NCBI GenBank assembly: GCA_963691875.1
Contig: OY829846.1
Coordinates: 3,840,001-3,904,000 of the forward strand
Direction: 5' to 3'
From: Aureliella sp.
Lineage (GTDB): Bacteria; Planctomycetota; Planctomycetia; Pirellulales; Pirellulaceae
DNA length: 64,000 nucleotides
Shown: positions 1-10,564 of the stretch, in pieces
Position numbering within the stretch: position 1 is the stretch's first letter
How the letters are laid out: every line of letters begins with the position of its first letter
Made by a program: the position numbers and the translations under genes
The notes under the pieces: generated by a model
Seen by the model: the letters and a program-made list of their open reading frames with translations, nothing else
What the model was told of the DNA's origin: nothing
Databases searched by the model: none

Positions 1-430
1 TGGAACCAGCTGTGATCGGCCGAACATCAGCAGGGCTGACAGTTGCTTGAAAAAGATGCTTCCGCCGGGCGTGAACCTACCGAACAGCCTTGTAGCATAC
101 ACGAACCTCACTCAGTTGTTATCTCCGGATCAAGAGGCAGCAAAATCAGGGGTGCAGCCTGTATTGAATGGGGCCAGCTAGCGACAGCTAATTTACTTCA
201 CCCTAGGCAGAGCTTTTGTTGAAATTGTTTACGATTCTTTTATGTTCAAACATGAGCTAGGCCTGGCAAGCCAGTGTGGATAGCTGGGTAAGATTCCAGG
301 CGACTCTCTGCTTCTTGGGCGAATGTCGGACTCGGTCATCAACTTGAGGCATCGCAAGCAGAAGCAGAACGTGTATGCTGTCGTCGAAATTTCTCGCTTT
401 TAGCACAGTCTGGTTTTCTAGATATCGAAC

Positions 431-2893
431 ATGAAACAATACCTGTGTCGATCGTTCTGGCTACCGTTGATCTTATTGACTTGCCCGATTGATTCGGCTT
501 TGGCTGATAGTGCAGAACTCTATGGGCTGACACAATCGACTCGCAGCCGTGTCTGCGCCGGTGGCATGACTTTGGTTCGTGTCGGCGTGTCCAACCATGG
601 TGAAGAGCCTTGGACCGGTAAAGTGACGCTAAAGTGGAAGCGGCGAGTTGGGAGGGAGTCCGCGCGCGAGGTCAAGCTGCGGCCCCGACAACGCGTCTTG
701 TTCGAAGTGCCAATGGAGATTCCCCAGAACTTCAAAAGGATCAAACGCTTCGACCTCGAGGTGACCTTGTTTGATGAAGGCGGTAATATCGCCGCTTATG
801 AAGGCGCTCCACAGCAGCGGCGAATTGGCTTCATGATGGATAGCCAGTTGCCGCCGCTTTCCATGGGAACCGCAATCGAAGCACCTCCACCAAAGTATCC
901 GTTTTGGTACTGGCCACTTCCACCTTCGATCGAGCAGAACACTTTTGAAGCGATCATGGCCGCCCGGATTGATGCGGGAAACTCGCGCCGAGCAGTGGGA
1001 CTTGAGCACGAAGGATTGCCAATTGAGCAGCAGGAATGGCAACTTTTCGATTTAGTGGCGGTGTCTGATCCGAATCTCTTGCTCGATCATGCATCGCGAC
1101 TTTCGGCAAAGCAATACCTGGAACGCGGTGGTCGGATCTGGGTGCAGATGGACAAGCTCAACTGCGATAGTATCCAACCATTGCTAACTGCGGACCAATG
1201 CCTGATGCAAGTTGGCGTTATCCAGCTACATGATTTCGTAGTCGAAGTCAGTGATGGAGTAAGCGATTTTGCAGAGCGAGAACGCACCGTCCATGTCGAC
1301 TCAGCAATTGAGATGAAGCGTCTCGTACAAGCAGGAGGCACTGTAACGCATTCCATCGATGGCTGGCCAGCCGCTGTTACCTTCAATATTGGATACGGGC
1401 AACTAGTTGTAACGGCGTTGGATAGCTCAGGCTGGATATCCGTTCGAAGCAGATCCGCAAGTCGGGACCCGCTAATGGACTCGAAATACACTATGTACCC
1501 TTGGGCAAAGCAATTGGCAGGGACAATCGCTGGTGTAGCTCGTAACCCGACACCTCTGACAGACCAAGTCAACTACCCAGTTCAGCGATTGGGGACAGCT
1601 GTTGTTCCGCGGCTGTGGGTGTTATTCGCCTTAGGCAGCTACTGCCTGGTGCTAATCGCGGTCGGCTTTGTGCAATACTCGGGCGGTCGACTGGCTTCGA
1701 TGGGAGTGATTGTTCCTATCTCAGCCGTCATTGTCGCTGCAATGATGCTGATGGGTAGGAACTCCATCAATCCAGACCAAAGTGAAATTGTTTCAAGATT
1801 GCAGTTGGTCGAATACGCAAGCGATGGAAGCTCTGCACAGATCACCGAGCAAGCCGCCTTAAAGTTGAACAGTGTTCATGATATTCGTCTGCAAGGGAGT
1901 GGGCTAGGAAACACAGAGCCGGACATTGCGGATGAATCCGAAAGCCCGCCTGGCGTCTTTCAGCAATCGCAATCGGATTTCGGCAATTGGACCTTAGGCA
2001 ATTATGCATGGCCGGCTGGTGTTTCGCGCGTTCGGTCCGACTATAGAATCTATTGTAAGAATCAGATAGTCTCTGCTGAGCTCACAAGCTCTGGTGTCGA
2101 GCTCAACTTGCCTGATGGGCAGGCGAAGCTGCAGGATGCCATACTTTGGTTCACACGGGGAAACCCAATGCTGGTTTCCAGCGTGGCTGAACAATTGTTT
2201 TCTTCTGGCGAGATCAAGGTAGGAAAGCAGCGATGGATTCTTTCGAACCTTATGACGGAAGAGCAAAACCGTCGCTTGGAAATGTATCAGATACTCTTCG
2301 GTGACGAATCGAGCAAGACTCGGCCGACTCGCCGTCTTTATGGTTGGTCGGAGCTTATCGAAACAGTCCGTGCACCAAAATCGCTTAAACAGGTCGGAGC
2401 TTCTCTTCAAAGTATGCCGGTTGTTTTGCAACGCCCCGAAGCAGGCGTGGAATTTGAGTTACCCTACGGGCTAATCGAACTGAGGCAGAGCGGCAACCAG
2501 CCAGGTGCTTCCACGGCCTACGATGACCGCAGCGGTACTTGGCAGGACGAGCTGACTCAAGGAATGGATCGCGAGTTCGAATTCGTCATGCCTGCAGAAG
2601 TTCTGCCGCTAGAGGCAAAATCAATTCTGCTTGAGTTTGACGTTCGCGCTCCACAACGCAAAGTGGAGATCTGGGTGCTTACACAATATAGCGAGGTACC
2701 CATTCTTTCTGCTGATAGCCCCTCGTTGCCTTGGGAAACAACTCTGACGCAACCAGAAATCTTAGAGAGTGTGCGTGACGGTGTCTTGGAGGTAAGAGTT
2801 CATGTGAGCGGCAAGCCCAAGAATGCGTCGCGGGTCATCAACTGGTATGTAGGTCATTTTCATGCGACCATTCGCGGAGCTGTGCAACCATGA
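431..2893 (+). CDS. Large exported/membrane hypothetical protein (signal peptide, GATase-like middle region, two TM helices)
   Basis: 820 aa ORF. N-terminal signal-like segment (FWLPLILLTCPIDSALA), DLVAVSD...YLERGGRIWV segment typical of GATase-like folds, and two hydrophobic helices around aa 395-440. Stop overlaps the next start (ATGA). Confidence 0.7.
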   Translation: MKQYLCRSFWLPLILLTCPIDSALADSAELYGLTQSTRSRVCAGGMTLVRVGVSNHGEEPWTGKVTLKWKRRVGRESAREVKLRPRQRVLFEVPMEIPQNFKRIKRFDLEVTLFDEGGNIAAYEGAPQQRRIGFMMDSQLPPLSMGTAIEAPPPKYPFWYWPLPPSIEQNTFEAIMAARIDAGNSRRAVGLEHEGLPIEQQEWQLFDLVAVSDPNLLLDHASRLSAKQYLERGGRIWVQMDKLNCDSIQPLLTADQCLMQVGVIQLHDFVVEVSDGVSDFAERERTVHVDSAIEMKRLVQAGGTVTHSIDGWPAAVTFNIGYGQLVVTALDSSGWISVRSRSASRDPLMDSKYTMYPWAKQLAGTIAGVARNPTPLTDQVNYPVQRLGTAVVPRLWVLFALGSYCLVLIAVGFVQYSGGRLASMGVIVPISAVIVAAMMLMGRNSINPDQSEIVSRLQLVEYASDGSSAQITEQAALKLNSVHDIRLQGSGLGNTEPDIADESESPPGVFQQSQSDFGNWTLGNYAWPAGVSRVRSDYRIYCKNQIVSAELTSSGVELNLPDGQAKLQDAILWFTRGNPMLVSSVAEQLFSSGEIKVGKQRWILSNLMTEEQNRRLEMYQILFGDESSKTRPTRRLYGWSELIETVRAPKSLKQVGASLQSMPVVLQRPEAGVEFELPYGLIELRQSGNQPGASTAYDDRSGTWQDELTQGMDREFEFVMPAEVLPLEAKSILLEFDVRAPQRKVEIWVLTQYSEVPILSADSPSLPWETTLTQPEILESVRDGVLEVRVHVSGKPKNASRVINWYVGHFHATIRGAVQP

Positions 2894-4686
2894 AATGCGA
2901 TTCTTTTCTCTATCTCAAGCTGATTATTGCATCTCTCGGCACATTGTGTTTTGTCGGCTGGGCTGGCGCTCAAGAAGGACTTCGTGGACCAAATTGGAAG
3001 TCTGATCCGAACAGTGCCTACTTCTTTCAGACTCATCCACCACTCTTCCGCCTAGAGCACGCTTGGGAACACGATCCTGAGGTCAACGTTGATTGGACAT
3101 TGCGTGGCAGGCCGGCCAATCTATCGCTCGATTCAGACACGTTGCGCAACGGGAGCAAGCACGAATGCCTGCTGGGAACTAGGCAGATCATCCGCAACAT
3201 CGAGATGCGCAATATCACGCAGGCAGAGGAAGTTGAGGCGGCGATACTGGATCGACTCAGGTCAACCGAAGCCCGCGACGTCACTTTTCGATCTGCCTTG
3301 GTCTCCGCCGCCATCCTGATGGCCGACTCTCCAGAAGATTTGGAGAGTCTATGGCTTCTGGAAGAGTCAAACTACGAGACCCGTATGCTCGTCGAAAAAG
3401 CACTGCTTGATAGCCGCAGTAGTGTGGCTATCAGCGCATGGCGAGGACGCATGAATCAGCGACCTCGTAGCTTGCGAGAACAACTACTCGCGGTACAAGG
3501 TTTGGGAGCCCACGGCGATCCGAGCGACTTGCCAGCGCTCAAGACGTGTTTCTTTAGTCCAACCAGCGTTTTGCCAATTCAACTTGCAGCGGCTCAGAGT
3601 ATGGGTCAGCTTGCAACCAAGGGGCTAGAAGCCACGGCGCGCGAGGCTTTAGCAGAAAAGGAAAAATTAACTGGCCAAGCCGATTTGACTGCCGCTTACA
3701 TGCTTAAGAAGCATAACTCAGTAGAGAGCGCAGAAGTACTAGGCCGAATACTCAACTCAAGCAACCGCGCTGCGCAAGTCACTGCATTTGAGACGTTGAC
3801 ACGCCATCATCCGAAGATCGCCCAACAAAACTTAAAGCAGTTCTTAGTTCATCCAGATCCAGCCGCACGACGTTTAGCGCTGAGGTTTGCGGTGGAATCG
3901 GACGCGAATTCCAGCCTCGGCTTTCTCCAAGAGGCACTCGGCGATATCAATCTGAAAACTCGTTCTCAGGCGAGGACTCACCTTGCTGCATTGGCGACGG
4001 ATGGTTCACTCAAGCAAGGTGTCGCTGAGGCCGCAGCAAAAACGCTTCAGGAAAACGATCCGTTGGCGATAGAACAAGTTTGTATTCTTGTCGGTGAAGC
4101 CAAGCTATCGAGTCTGGCTGCGGGAATGATTGAGATGTTGGACGCCAAACCTGAAGCAACACTCGTCGCAGCTGCCTGGGCGCTGCAAAGCCTGGAGCTT
4201 GACGCAGAATCTCTGCAGGCAGTCGAGGATAGAATGCGCAGACTAACAAGGCGCAATTTCGCCTCAAAGAACCGGCTACCACGAAGCGACGCTTTGCAAC
4301 TGAGTTATCTCATCGACACGCTGGTCATCAATCGTGTCGACCGAATTCGTCCTTTGTTGGATCAATTTATCCCGAAAGAGGATGCAGCGCCCCCGCCGAG
4401 GGCAGCAGCGATCTGGGGACTCGGTATCTTCGAAGCGGGCTCGCAGGATGGAAAGCTTGCACAGAAACTAGCTGAACGACTGCATGACGAAGATCCAGAT
4501 ATACCAGAGGAAACAATCATCAAATACGTTAGCGCGATCGCGATGGGGCGGATCCTGCATCCTTCTAGCGAAGAGCAGCTGGATGTCCACCTCGATCGTC
4601 CGCCGTTTCCCATCGGTTTGGCAACCCAGTGGGGCCTACAACAATTTGCGTCCCAATCGGACGGCAATACAGAAGAGAGCCGATAA
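2890..4686 (+). CDS. HEAT-repeat protein, probably exported
   Basis: 598 aa, Ala/Leu-rich helical repeats (LAAAQSMGQL, AAAWALQSL, RAAAIWGLG, SAIAMGRI). Signal peptide-like N-terminus. Coupled to the upstream gene. Confidence 0.75.
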   Translation: MKCDSFLYLKLIIASLGTLCFVGWAGAQEGLRGPNWKSDPNSAYFFQTHPPLFRLEHAWEHDPEVNVDWTLRGRPANLSLDSDTLRNGSKHECLLGTRQIIRNIEMRNITQAEEVEAAILDRLRSTEARDVTFRSALVSAAILMADSPEDLESLWLLEESNYETRMLVEKALLDSRSSVAISAWRGRMNQRPRSLREQLLAVQGLGAHGDPSDLPALKTCFFSPTSVLPIQLAAAQSMGQLATKGLEATAREALAEKEKLTGQADLTAAYMLKKHNSVESAEVLGRILNSSNRAAQVTAFETLTRHHPKIAQQNLKQFLVHPDPAARRLALRFAVESDANSSLGFLQEALGDINLKTRSQARTHLAALATDGSLKQGVAEAAAKTLQENDPLAIEQVCILVGEAKLSSLAAGMIEMLDAKPEATLVAAAWALQSLELDAESLQAVEDRMRRLTRRNFASKNRLPRSDALQLSYLIDTLVINRVDRIRPLLDQFIPKEDAAPPPRAAAIWGLGIFEAGSQDGKLAQKLAERLHDEDPDIPEETIIKYVSAIAMGRILHPSSEEQLDVHLDRPPFPIGLATQWGLQQFASQSDGNTEESR

Positions 4687-4697
4687 GTCGCCGTGGT

Positions 4698-4903
4698 CAG
4701 GGCAAGTCAGAGTTTCAGTTTGTGAGCCGACGGCGTTAGCCGCGGATTCTTCTGTTCGTAGTCCCGGTTTGTGCGAAATGACCGCGGTACACATCCTATT
4801 TGCCCGTGAATCCCCAACGCTTCACGGCGTACGGCTCACAAGATCAATAGCCCGACCCTAGCGCGTTCGGCTCACTCCTCCAAGATTGAAACTGATCTGC
4901 CCT
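4698..4903. repeat. Nested imperfect inverted-repeat element (REP/MITE-like, GTGAGCCG family)
   Basis: TGTGAGCCGACGGCGTTAGCCGCGGATTC at 4721 faces two reverse copies ending CGGCTCAC (about 4809-4841 and 4851-4875). Outer arms AGGGCA..CAG..TTTCA and TGAAACTGATCTGCCCT. Confidence 0.7.
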
Positions 4904-4988
4904 ATTGCCTCGACTTGGTCAATTGCGCCTGACAAGCCATAATCTAACATCTGGCAATTTCCGCCGGCCATTTCGCTAAGCCTGGTAC

Positions 4989-6863
4989 TTGGTTTTGCAC
5001 AATCAGCTCTTCCCATTTTTCTTAGTTCTTATTCCGCTGCTGGGGATTATCGCTCAGTGGTTAGCTTGGCGGCTGCAGATCCCGAGCATCTTGTTGCTTC
5101 TAGGTTTCGGGTTGTGTCTTGGTTTCTGGATCTCCCCGGACGAGGTCCTAACCAAACTGACAACTGCCGAGGAGAATGTAGGGCCTCGCATGCTCTTTCC
5201 GATCGTTTCACTTTCCGTCGCGATCATCTTGTTCGAAGGTGGATTGACGCTGCGCTGGAGTCAACTCGGTAGCGGAGCAGAGATTGTATTTCGGTTGATC
5301 GCATTCTCCTCGATCGTAACTTGGTGTCTTACCGCGGTAATCGCCAAGTACTTACTAGGATTCAGCTGGCAGCTCGCTTGGCTGCTGGGTGCGATCCTGA
5401 TGGTGACTGGGCCCACTGTCGTGGGACCGCTTCTACGTCAAATTCGACCGAATCGACGCGTGAGTTCCGTTCTGCAATGGGAAGGCATTCTGATCGATCC
5501 GGTCGGTGCAGTGGCCGCAGTCCTGGTCTACGAGATTATCGCGCACTCGCATTTTTCACTCTTCGAAATTATCACCATTACAACTCAGACGCTTCTGATC
5601 GGGGTGGTTCTGGGAGCAGTGTCGGCGGTCTTGCTGGTGGTGGCGTTGCGTTACTATTTGATCCCAGATTTCTTGCACGGCGTCAGTTTTCTAGTGGTTG
5701 CTATTGCTTCATTTTGGATCAGCAATGTGATGCGAGAAGAATCTGGGCTAGTTACTGTTACCATCCTGGGCATTTGTCTGGCAAACCAGCACTACGTCAG
5801 TGTCGAGCATGTGCTGGAGTTCAAAGAGCATTTACGTGTTCTGTTGATCAGTTGCTTGTTTATCGTTCTCGGTTCGCGACTGCAGATTTCTGACTTGATG
5901 GAGATCGGCTGGATCGGAATTCCTTTTGTACTTCTGCTGGTCCTTGTGATTCGTCCACTTTCGGTCTTTCTAGCCACCCTGGGATCTGGGTGGGACATAA
6001 AAGAAAAATTTTTCGTCGGCGCGGTTGCGCCACGTGGAATTGTAGCTGCTGCCGTCGCCAGTGTTTTTGGGCTCAAGCTGGTCGCATTGGGAGCAGAGAA
6101 CGGCGCAAATACCGCGATTCTTGAGAAAGCAGAATTGTTGGCTCCGGTGACGTTTATGGTAATTCTTGGGACCGTCACGATCTGTGGACTTGGAGCTGGA
6201 CCTCTCGCTCGCCGCCTGGGCTTGGCTGACGCAAACCCTCAGGGTGTACTCTTCGCAGGTGCCGCTGCATGGGTTCGTGAAGTGGCAGCGGCTCTCAGCA
6301 AGTATGACATCCGCGTCTTGCTCGTCGATACAAATTACGGCAATGTGGCTGCGGCAAGGATGGCGGGACTCGATGCAAAATGCGGGAACATCCTTTCCGA
6401 ACATGTGCAGGAGGAACAGGATCTCGCTGGCATTGGTCGCTTCTTTGCCGTCACACCCAGTGATGAAGTCAATACGCTCGCGGCGCTGGAATACCTCCAT
6501 GTCTTCAGTCGTGAAAACGTATATCAACTCGCTTCGTCCGGGAAAGCACATGGACGTTGGCAGAGCATTCCTGAGACGCGACGTGGCCGGATGCTATTTG
6601 CAAGCGACACCAACCACCATGTGCTGCAAGACATGGTCGATGACGGTGCAATCGTCAAAAGCACTACACTCACCGAGAGTTTCTCGATGGCGGAGTTCCG
6701 AGAAATGCATGGAGAAGATGCAATAGTGCTATTCTGTTTGGATGCAGAGCGTAAACTGAAGATAAGAACGAGCACCAGCAAGTACGAGCCAGTCGCTGGC
6801 GAGACCGTGATTGCTCTAGTTCCCAATTCAGCAAGCAATGCTTCGAAACAAGAAAATACTTAG
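4989..6863 (+). CDS. CPA1/NhaP-type cation:proton antiporter with C-terminal TrkA-N-like domain
   Basis: About 12 TM helices with IILFEGGL, VTGPTVV, WEGILIDPVG and APRGIVAAAVAS motifs. Soluble C-terminal RCK-like region (VLLVDTN...GNIL). Confidence 0.9.
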   Translation: MVLHNQLFPFFLVLIPLLGIIAQWLAWRLQIPSILLLLGFGLCLGFWISPDEVLTKLTTAEENVGPRMLFPIVSLSVAIILFEGGLTLRWSQLGSGAEIVFRLIAFSSIVTWCLTAVIAKYLLGFSWQLAWLLGAILMVTGPTVVGPLLRQIRPNRRVSSVLQWEGILIDPVGAVAAVLVYEIIAHSHFSLFEIITITTQTLLIGVVLGAVSAVLLVVALRYYLIPDFLHGVSFLVVAIASFWISNVMREESGLVTVTILGICLANQHYVSVEHVLEFKEHLRVLLISCLFIVLGSRLQISDLMEIGWIGIPFVLLLVLVIRPLSVFLATLGSGWDIKEKFFVGAVAPRGIVAAAVASVFGLKLVALGAENGANTAILEKAELLAPVTFMVILGTVTICGLGAGPLARRLGLADANPQGVLFAGAAAWVREVAAALSKYDIRVLLVDTNYGNVAAARMAGLDAKCGNILSEHVQEEQDLAGIGRFFAVTPSDEVNTLAALEYLHVFSRENVYQLASSGKAHGRWQSIPETRRGRMLFASDTNHHVLQDMVDDGAIVKSTTLTESFSMAEFREMHGEDAIVLFCLDAERKLKIRTSTSKYEPVAGETVIALVPNSASNASKQENT

Positions 6864-6893
6864 TCACTCGGTTTTCCGCAAAGTTTACGACCC

Positions 6894-7544
6894 GTGCCAC
6901 CCATTCACTTTGCTATCGCCGTCATTCCGGTCGCGGTCTATTTCATCTTGATTGGAGCTGCGCGTCTGAGGCGACGGCCTCTGGTGACCAGCGGCTGGCG
7001 CGACACGTTGACACTGGGGATTGCAGCAAGCGGCTTCGTGGCGGTAGGACCGATGCAGTTGTTCTTCCCGGAACGCGCAGCAGAGTCGATGCAAGGCTGG
7101 GTTTGGTTGGCATTATTCGCGCTCTATGTGCTGGCGATATTCCTGGTACTTCTTGGTGGCCGACCCAAACTTATTTCCTACGGACTATCTAGTGAGCAGT
7201 TCCGAGAGAGCCTGCTTGAGGCCGCGCAGGACGTTGATCCCAAGGCACATTGGGAGAACGAAGTCTTGAATATGCCGAGTAGCCACATCCAGCTAGCCAT
7301 GGAGCCGACCGCATCCAGCCGCGTGCATCAAGTCACGCATGTTGGGTTGCTTCACAATTTACAAGACTGGCTGACGCTAGAGCGTTGCTTTGTTCGAAAA
7401 GGGGCTAAAGTCACTTGCCCACGCTCTGCAGTTGGATGGCTGTTCGTTTGCGTCGGCGCATCGCTGCTAGCCTACGCGGTGAAGCCAATGATCTCAAATC
7501 CAACCGAAGCACTTGCCCAACTCAAAGAGTTCTTGCTGCGTTAG
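6894..7544 (+). CDS. Hypothetical membrane protein
   Basis: 216 aa, three N-terminal and one C-terminal hydrophobic helices. Follows the antiporter after about 30 nt. Confidence 0.7.
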   Translation: MPPIHFAIAVIPVAVYFILIGAARLRRRPLVTSGWRDTLTLGIAASGFVAVGPMQLFFPERAAESMQGWVWLALFALYVLAIFLVLLGGRPKLISYGLSSEQFRESLLEAAQDVDPKAHWENEVLNMPSSHIQLAMEPTASSRVHQVTHVGLLHNLQDWLTLERCFVRKGAKVTCPRSAVGWLFVCVGASLLAYAVKPMISNPTEALAQLKEFLLR

Positions 7545-7594
7545 GTACGCAAGCTCATAGTCCCGCCTTTGTGCGGATTGAGATCAAAAAACGA

Positions 7595-7621
7595 GCCGGT
7601 GCCTGCGGCTGGGCGTCAAAC
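7595..7621 (+). repeat. Dispersed short repeat, family 2 (CCGGTGCC..CGGCTGGGC..AAAC)
   Basis: GCCGGTGCCTGCGGCTGGGCGTCAAAC, similar to copies at 9739 and 17197. Lies between convergent genes. Confidence 0.55.
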
Positions 7622-7633
7622 AAAGTTGTCCAC

Positions 7634-9544
7634 CTAACCGTTCTCAAGATAGGTGCTTCGTGAAGCAAACTGAGCGTACTCGCTGGTGAGCTGATCAGCC
7701 TCTGCCTGTGAAATCACGTCGTGTTCAACTTGGGATTGCACCTGATTCTGGTAGCTACTTGTCAACTGATCCGCCTCGTAGCGAGCGAACTGCATCATAT
7801 CGTCAATCGAACTACCTGGCACGATTTTCTTGACATGAAACCCACCCTTTTCGTCAACCACGATATGAGCTTCGTTCGGATGCCCAAACAAATTGTGGTG
7901 GTTCCCCATGACTTCTTGGTAGGCGCCGATCAAGAATACGCCCAGATAGTACGGCTCAGCAGGATTCCAGTCATGCAGCTCTAATGTCTGCTTAACGTCT
8001 TTCAGATCCACAAAGCGATCAACCTTTCCGTCGCTGTCGCAAGTCACATCCACTAGGGTGGCGAAGTCCGAGGGGCGTTCATTCAAGCGGTGAATGGGAA
8101 CGATAGGAAACAACTGACGAATGGCCCAGCTGTCCGGTGCGGATCGGAAGATTGAGAAATTGCACAAGTACTTTTGCGCCAAGTTGCGCTTGAGCTGCTC
8201 AAACTCTTCATCCGAGAAGCCATCAAACTCAGCTTCTTTCAACACTTGCGCGCAGATTTCCCAGAACAGAACATCGCCCTTGGCCCGATCTTCTAGACTC
8301 ACCAATCCCAAGTTGAATTGGATTTGCAAGTCATCACGCATCTGTAGGGCGTCGTGATAGTACTCTGAGTAGTTCTTCGAGTTGACTGACTCGCAGAGAT
8401 CCTTAAGCTCGGAGATTACTTGCGGATCATCATCGTCAATCGTGACTTCAGGTTGATCATCAGCAAAAGTTTCGATTTCATCGCGGATGCAAGTCACGAA
8501 AATCGAGTGGTAAGCGGTCATGAATCGTCCGCTTTCAGTCGCCAAGTTGGGATGAGCAACACTTTCGTCGTCACAGACCGTTTTAAAGGTGTAAACCACA
8601 TCGTTGGCGAATTCCTGCGCCGAGTAATTGACACTCGAATCGAATCGCGTTTTCGAACCATCGTAGTCAACGCCTAAGCCACCGCCGATATCGACATTCT
8701 CAACTTGGCAACCTTCAACCTGATTCAACTTACAGTAAACGCGAGCCGCTTCCTTCATCGCATTCTTTACGCGTTTGATATCCGTGATTTGTGAACCGAT
8801 ATGAAAGTGCAGCAACTTCAGGTGCGATTCCAACTTGGCTTCGCGTAACATGCGCACGCACTCAAGAATCTCGGAAGTGGTCAAACCGAACTTGGCCGAT
8901 TCACCGCCGCTGGAAGCCCATTTGCCTGACCCACGCGAATACAACTTTGCTCGCAGGCCAATCCCAGGTGCAATACCTTTTTCAGCATGCATACGCAAAA
9001 TGATCTTGAGCTCGCTGAGTTTTTCGATCACGACTACCACGCGTTTGCCCGCGTGTGTCGCCAGCAATGCACCTTGCAAGAAAGCTTCATCCTTGAAACC
9101 GTTGCAAACAAGTAGCGAATCGGGATGTTGTGCTAAGCCTACTGCGGCGAAGAGCTCTGACTTGCTACCACATTCCAGGCCTACCGGCCCACAGGTTTTG
9201 TCTTTGAGAAAAGCACTCACCACTTCGCGTCGCGGGTTCACCTTCATCGGAAACAGCGGAAGGTGGTTTCCATCGTAGTCGAATTCTGAAATGGCGTTCT
9301 GATAGGCTTGGCTCAGCGCGTGAAGCTGGCTTTGTAGGATCTGAGGAAATCGAAGCAAGAGCGGCAAGCGAACTTTGCCCTTGCCCAGCAGCTCATCGAC
9401 GACCGTTTTCAAATCGACACTGCGTGAATCGCCCTGACACGGATGCACTGCAATGTGTCCGAGAGAATTGATATCAAAATAGCCAGCCGACCAATTCTCG
9501 ACGCCGTAAGCTATTTGTACTTGCTGAAGGATTTCATCGTTCAT
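7634..9544 (-). CDS. speA: Biosynthetic arginine decarboxylase
   Basis: 636 aa with W..GYFDIN, PLLLRFPQIL, FPMKVNP (PLP Lys), SGGESAKFGL, HFHIGSQI, DIGGGLGVDYDGS, TCDSDGK and GAYQEVMG..HNLFG motifs. Confidence 0.96.
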   Translation of the reverse strand: MNDEILQQVQIAYGVENWSAGYFDINSLGHIAVHPCQGDSRSVDLKTVVDELLGKGKVRLPLLLRFPQILQSQLHALSQAYQNAISEFDYDGNHLPLFPMKVNPRREVVSAFLKDKTCGPVGLECGSKSELFAAVGLAQHPDSLLVCNGFKDEAFLQGALLATHAGKRVVVVIEKLSELKIILRMHAEKGIAPGIGLRAKLYSRGSGKWASSGGESAKFGLTTSEILECVRMLREAKLESHLKLLHFHIGSQITDIKRVKNAMKEAARVYCKLNQVEGCQVENVDIGGGLGVDYDGSKTRFDSSVNYSAQEFANDVVYTFKTVCDDESVAHPNLATESGRFMTAYHSIFVTCIRDEIETFADDQPEVTIDDDDPQVISELKDLCESVNSKNYSEYYHDALQMRDDLQIQFNLGLVSLEDRAKGDVLFWEICAQVLKEAEFDGFSDEEFEQLKRNLAQKYLCNFSIFRSAPDSWAIRQLFPIVPIHRLNERPSDFATLVDVTCDSDGKVDRFVDLKDVKQTLELHDWNPAEPYYLGVFLIGAYQEVMGNHHNLFGHPNEAHIVVDEKGGFHVKKIVPGSSIDDMMQFARYEADQLTSSYQNQVQSQVEHDVISQAEADQLTSEYAQFASRSTYLENG

Positions 9545-9738
9545 TCACGTGTCACATGCACGAGAGGGAAGCCACTACTAGGATTGCAGGTCAGATTTTA
9601 GCTTCTGTCACATTCAAAGCGAGTGCGGACAGGATGACGACCCAACATTTTTAAATGGAAGCGAGCCCAAACTACAATGCAAGCGCTGCGCGCGAGCAAG
9701 TAAGTCCATACGACTACGGCGTCCCGACGTCTGGGACG

Positions 9739-9767
9739 AACCGGTGCCCACGGCTGGGCACTAGATG
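9739..9767 (+). repeat. Dispersed short repeat, family 2
   Basis: AACCGGTGCCCACGGCTGGGCACTAGATG, preceded by the hairpin CGTCCC-N7-GGGACG (9720-9738). Downstream of xth. Confidence 0.55.
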
Positions 9768-9805
9768 AGCATCCGTTTTGGCGGCCGCGCCGTACTTTCT
9801 TCCAC

Positions 9806-10564
9806 TTATTCCAATGTCAGTTCGACGGGGCAGTGGTCCGAGCCGTGGATCTCGTCGCGAATTCGTGCGCCCTTTAGTCGCGGCTTGAGTCGCTTTGCGG
9901 CCCAGAAATAATCGAGCCGCCACCCAATGTTCTTCTCGCGAGCATTGGTCCGCATTGTCCACCAGCTGTATTTTTCTGGACTGCTATCGAATTCGCGAAA
10001 AGTATCCAAGAAACCGGCGTCCACGATCGCGTCGACGCCCGCTCGCTCTTCGTCCGAGAACCCCGCATTCTTGCGGTTTGCCTTTGGGTTCGCCAAGTCG
10101 ATTTCTTTGTGAGCACAATTGATATCGCCACAGAAAATGACGGATTTTCGGCGATTCAGTTTCTTCACGTAGTCCAGAAAGGCTGCGTCCCAGGCTTGCC
10201 GATAGTCCAACCGCGCCAGCGCACGCTGCGCATTCGGCGTGTAAACCGTCACAACGTGGAAGTCCTCGTAGGATGCGGTGACAACGCGACCTTCTTTGTC
10301 GTGTTCTTCGACGCCGATGCCAAGCGTCGTCTTCTTGGGCTCGACCAAACTCCAGATCGAAGTGCCACTGTAGCCTTTCTTTTCGGCACAGGCCCAAGTG
10401 TGGTGATAACCAAGTTCCTCTGCCCAAGCCAAGTCAACTTGCTCAGGCTCTGCCTTTGTCTCTTGCAGGCACAAGACATCAGGCATGTCCGCTTCTACGA
10501 ACTCGCGAAAGCCTTTCTTCAGACAAGCGCGAATTCCATTTACATTCCAAGAAACTAAACGCAT
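9806..10564 (-). CDS. xth: Exodeoxyribonuclease III (ExoA/Xth AP endonuclease)
   Basis: SWNVNGIRA, LCLQETK, KKGYSGT, EGRVVT, CGDINCAH, YSWW, GWRLDYF and GSDHCPV motifs. Start placed at MRLVSW (10564). Confidence 0.95.
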   Translation of the reverse strand: MRLVSWNVNGIRACLKKGFREFVEADMPDVLCLQETKAEPEQVDLAWAEELGYHHTWACAEKKGYSGTSIWSLVEPKKTTLGIGVEEHDKEGRVVTASYEDFHVVTVYTPNAQRALARLDYRQAWDAAFLDYVKKLNRRKSVIFCGDINCAHKEIDLANPKANRKNAGFSDEERAGVDAIVDAGFLDTFREFDSSPEKYSWWTMRTNAREKNIGWRLDYFWAAKRLKPRLKGARIRDEIHGSDHCPVELTLE

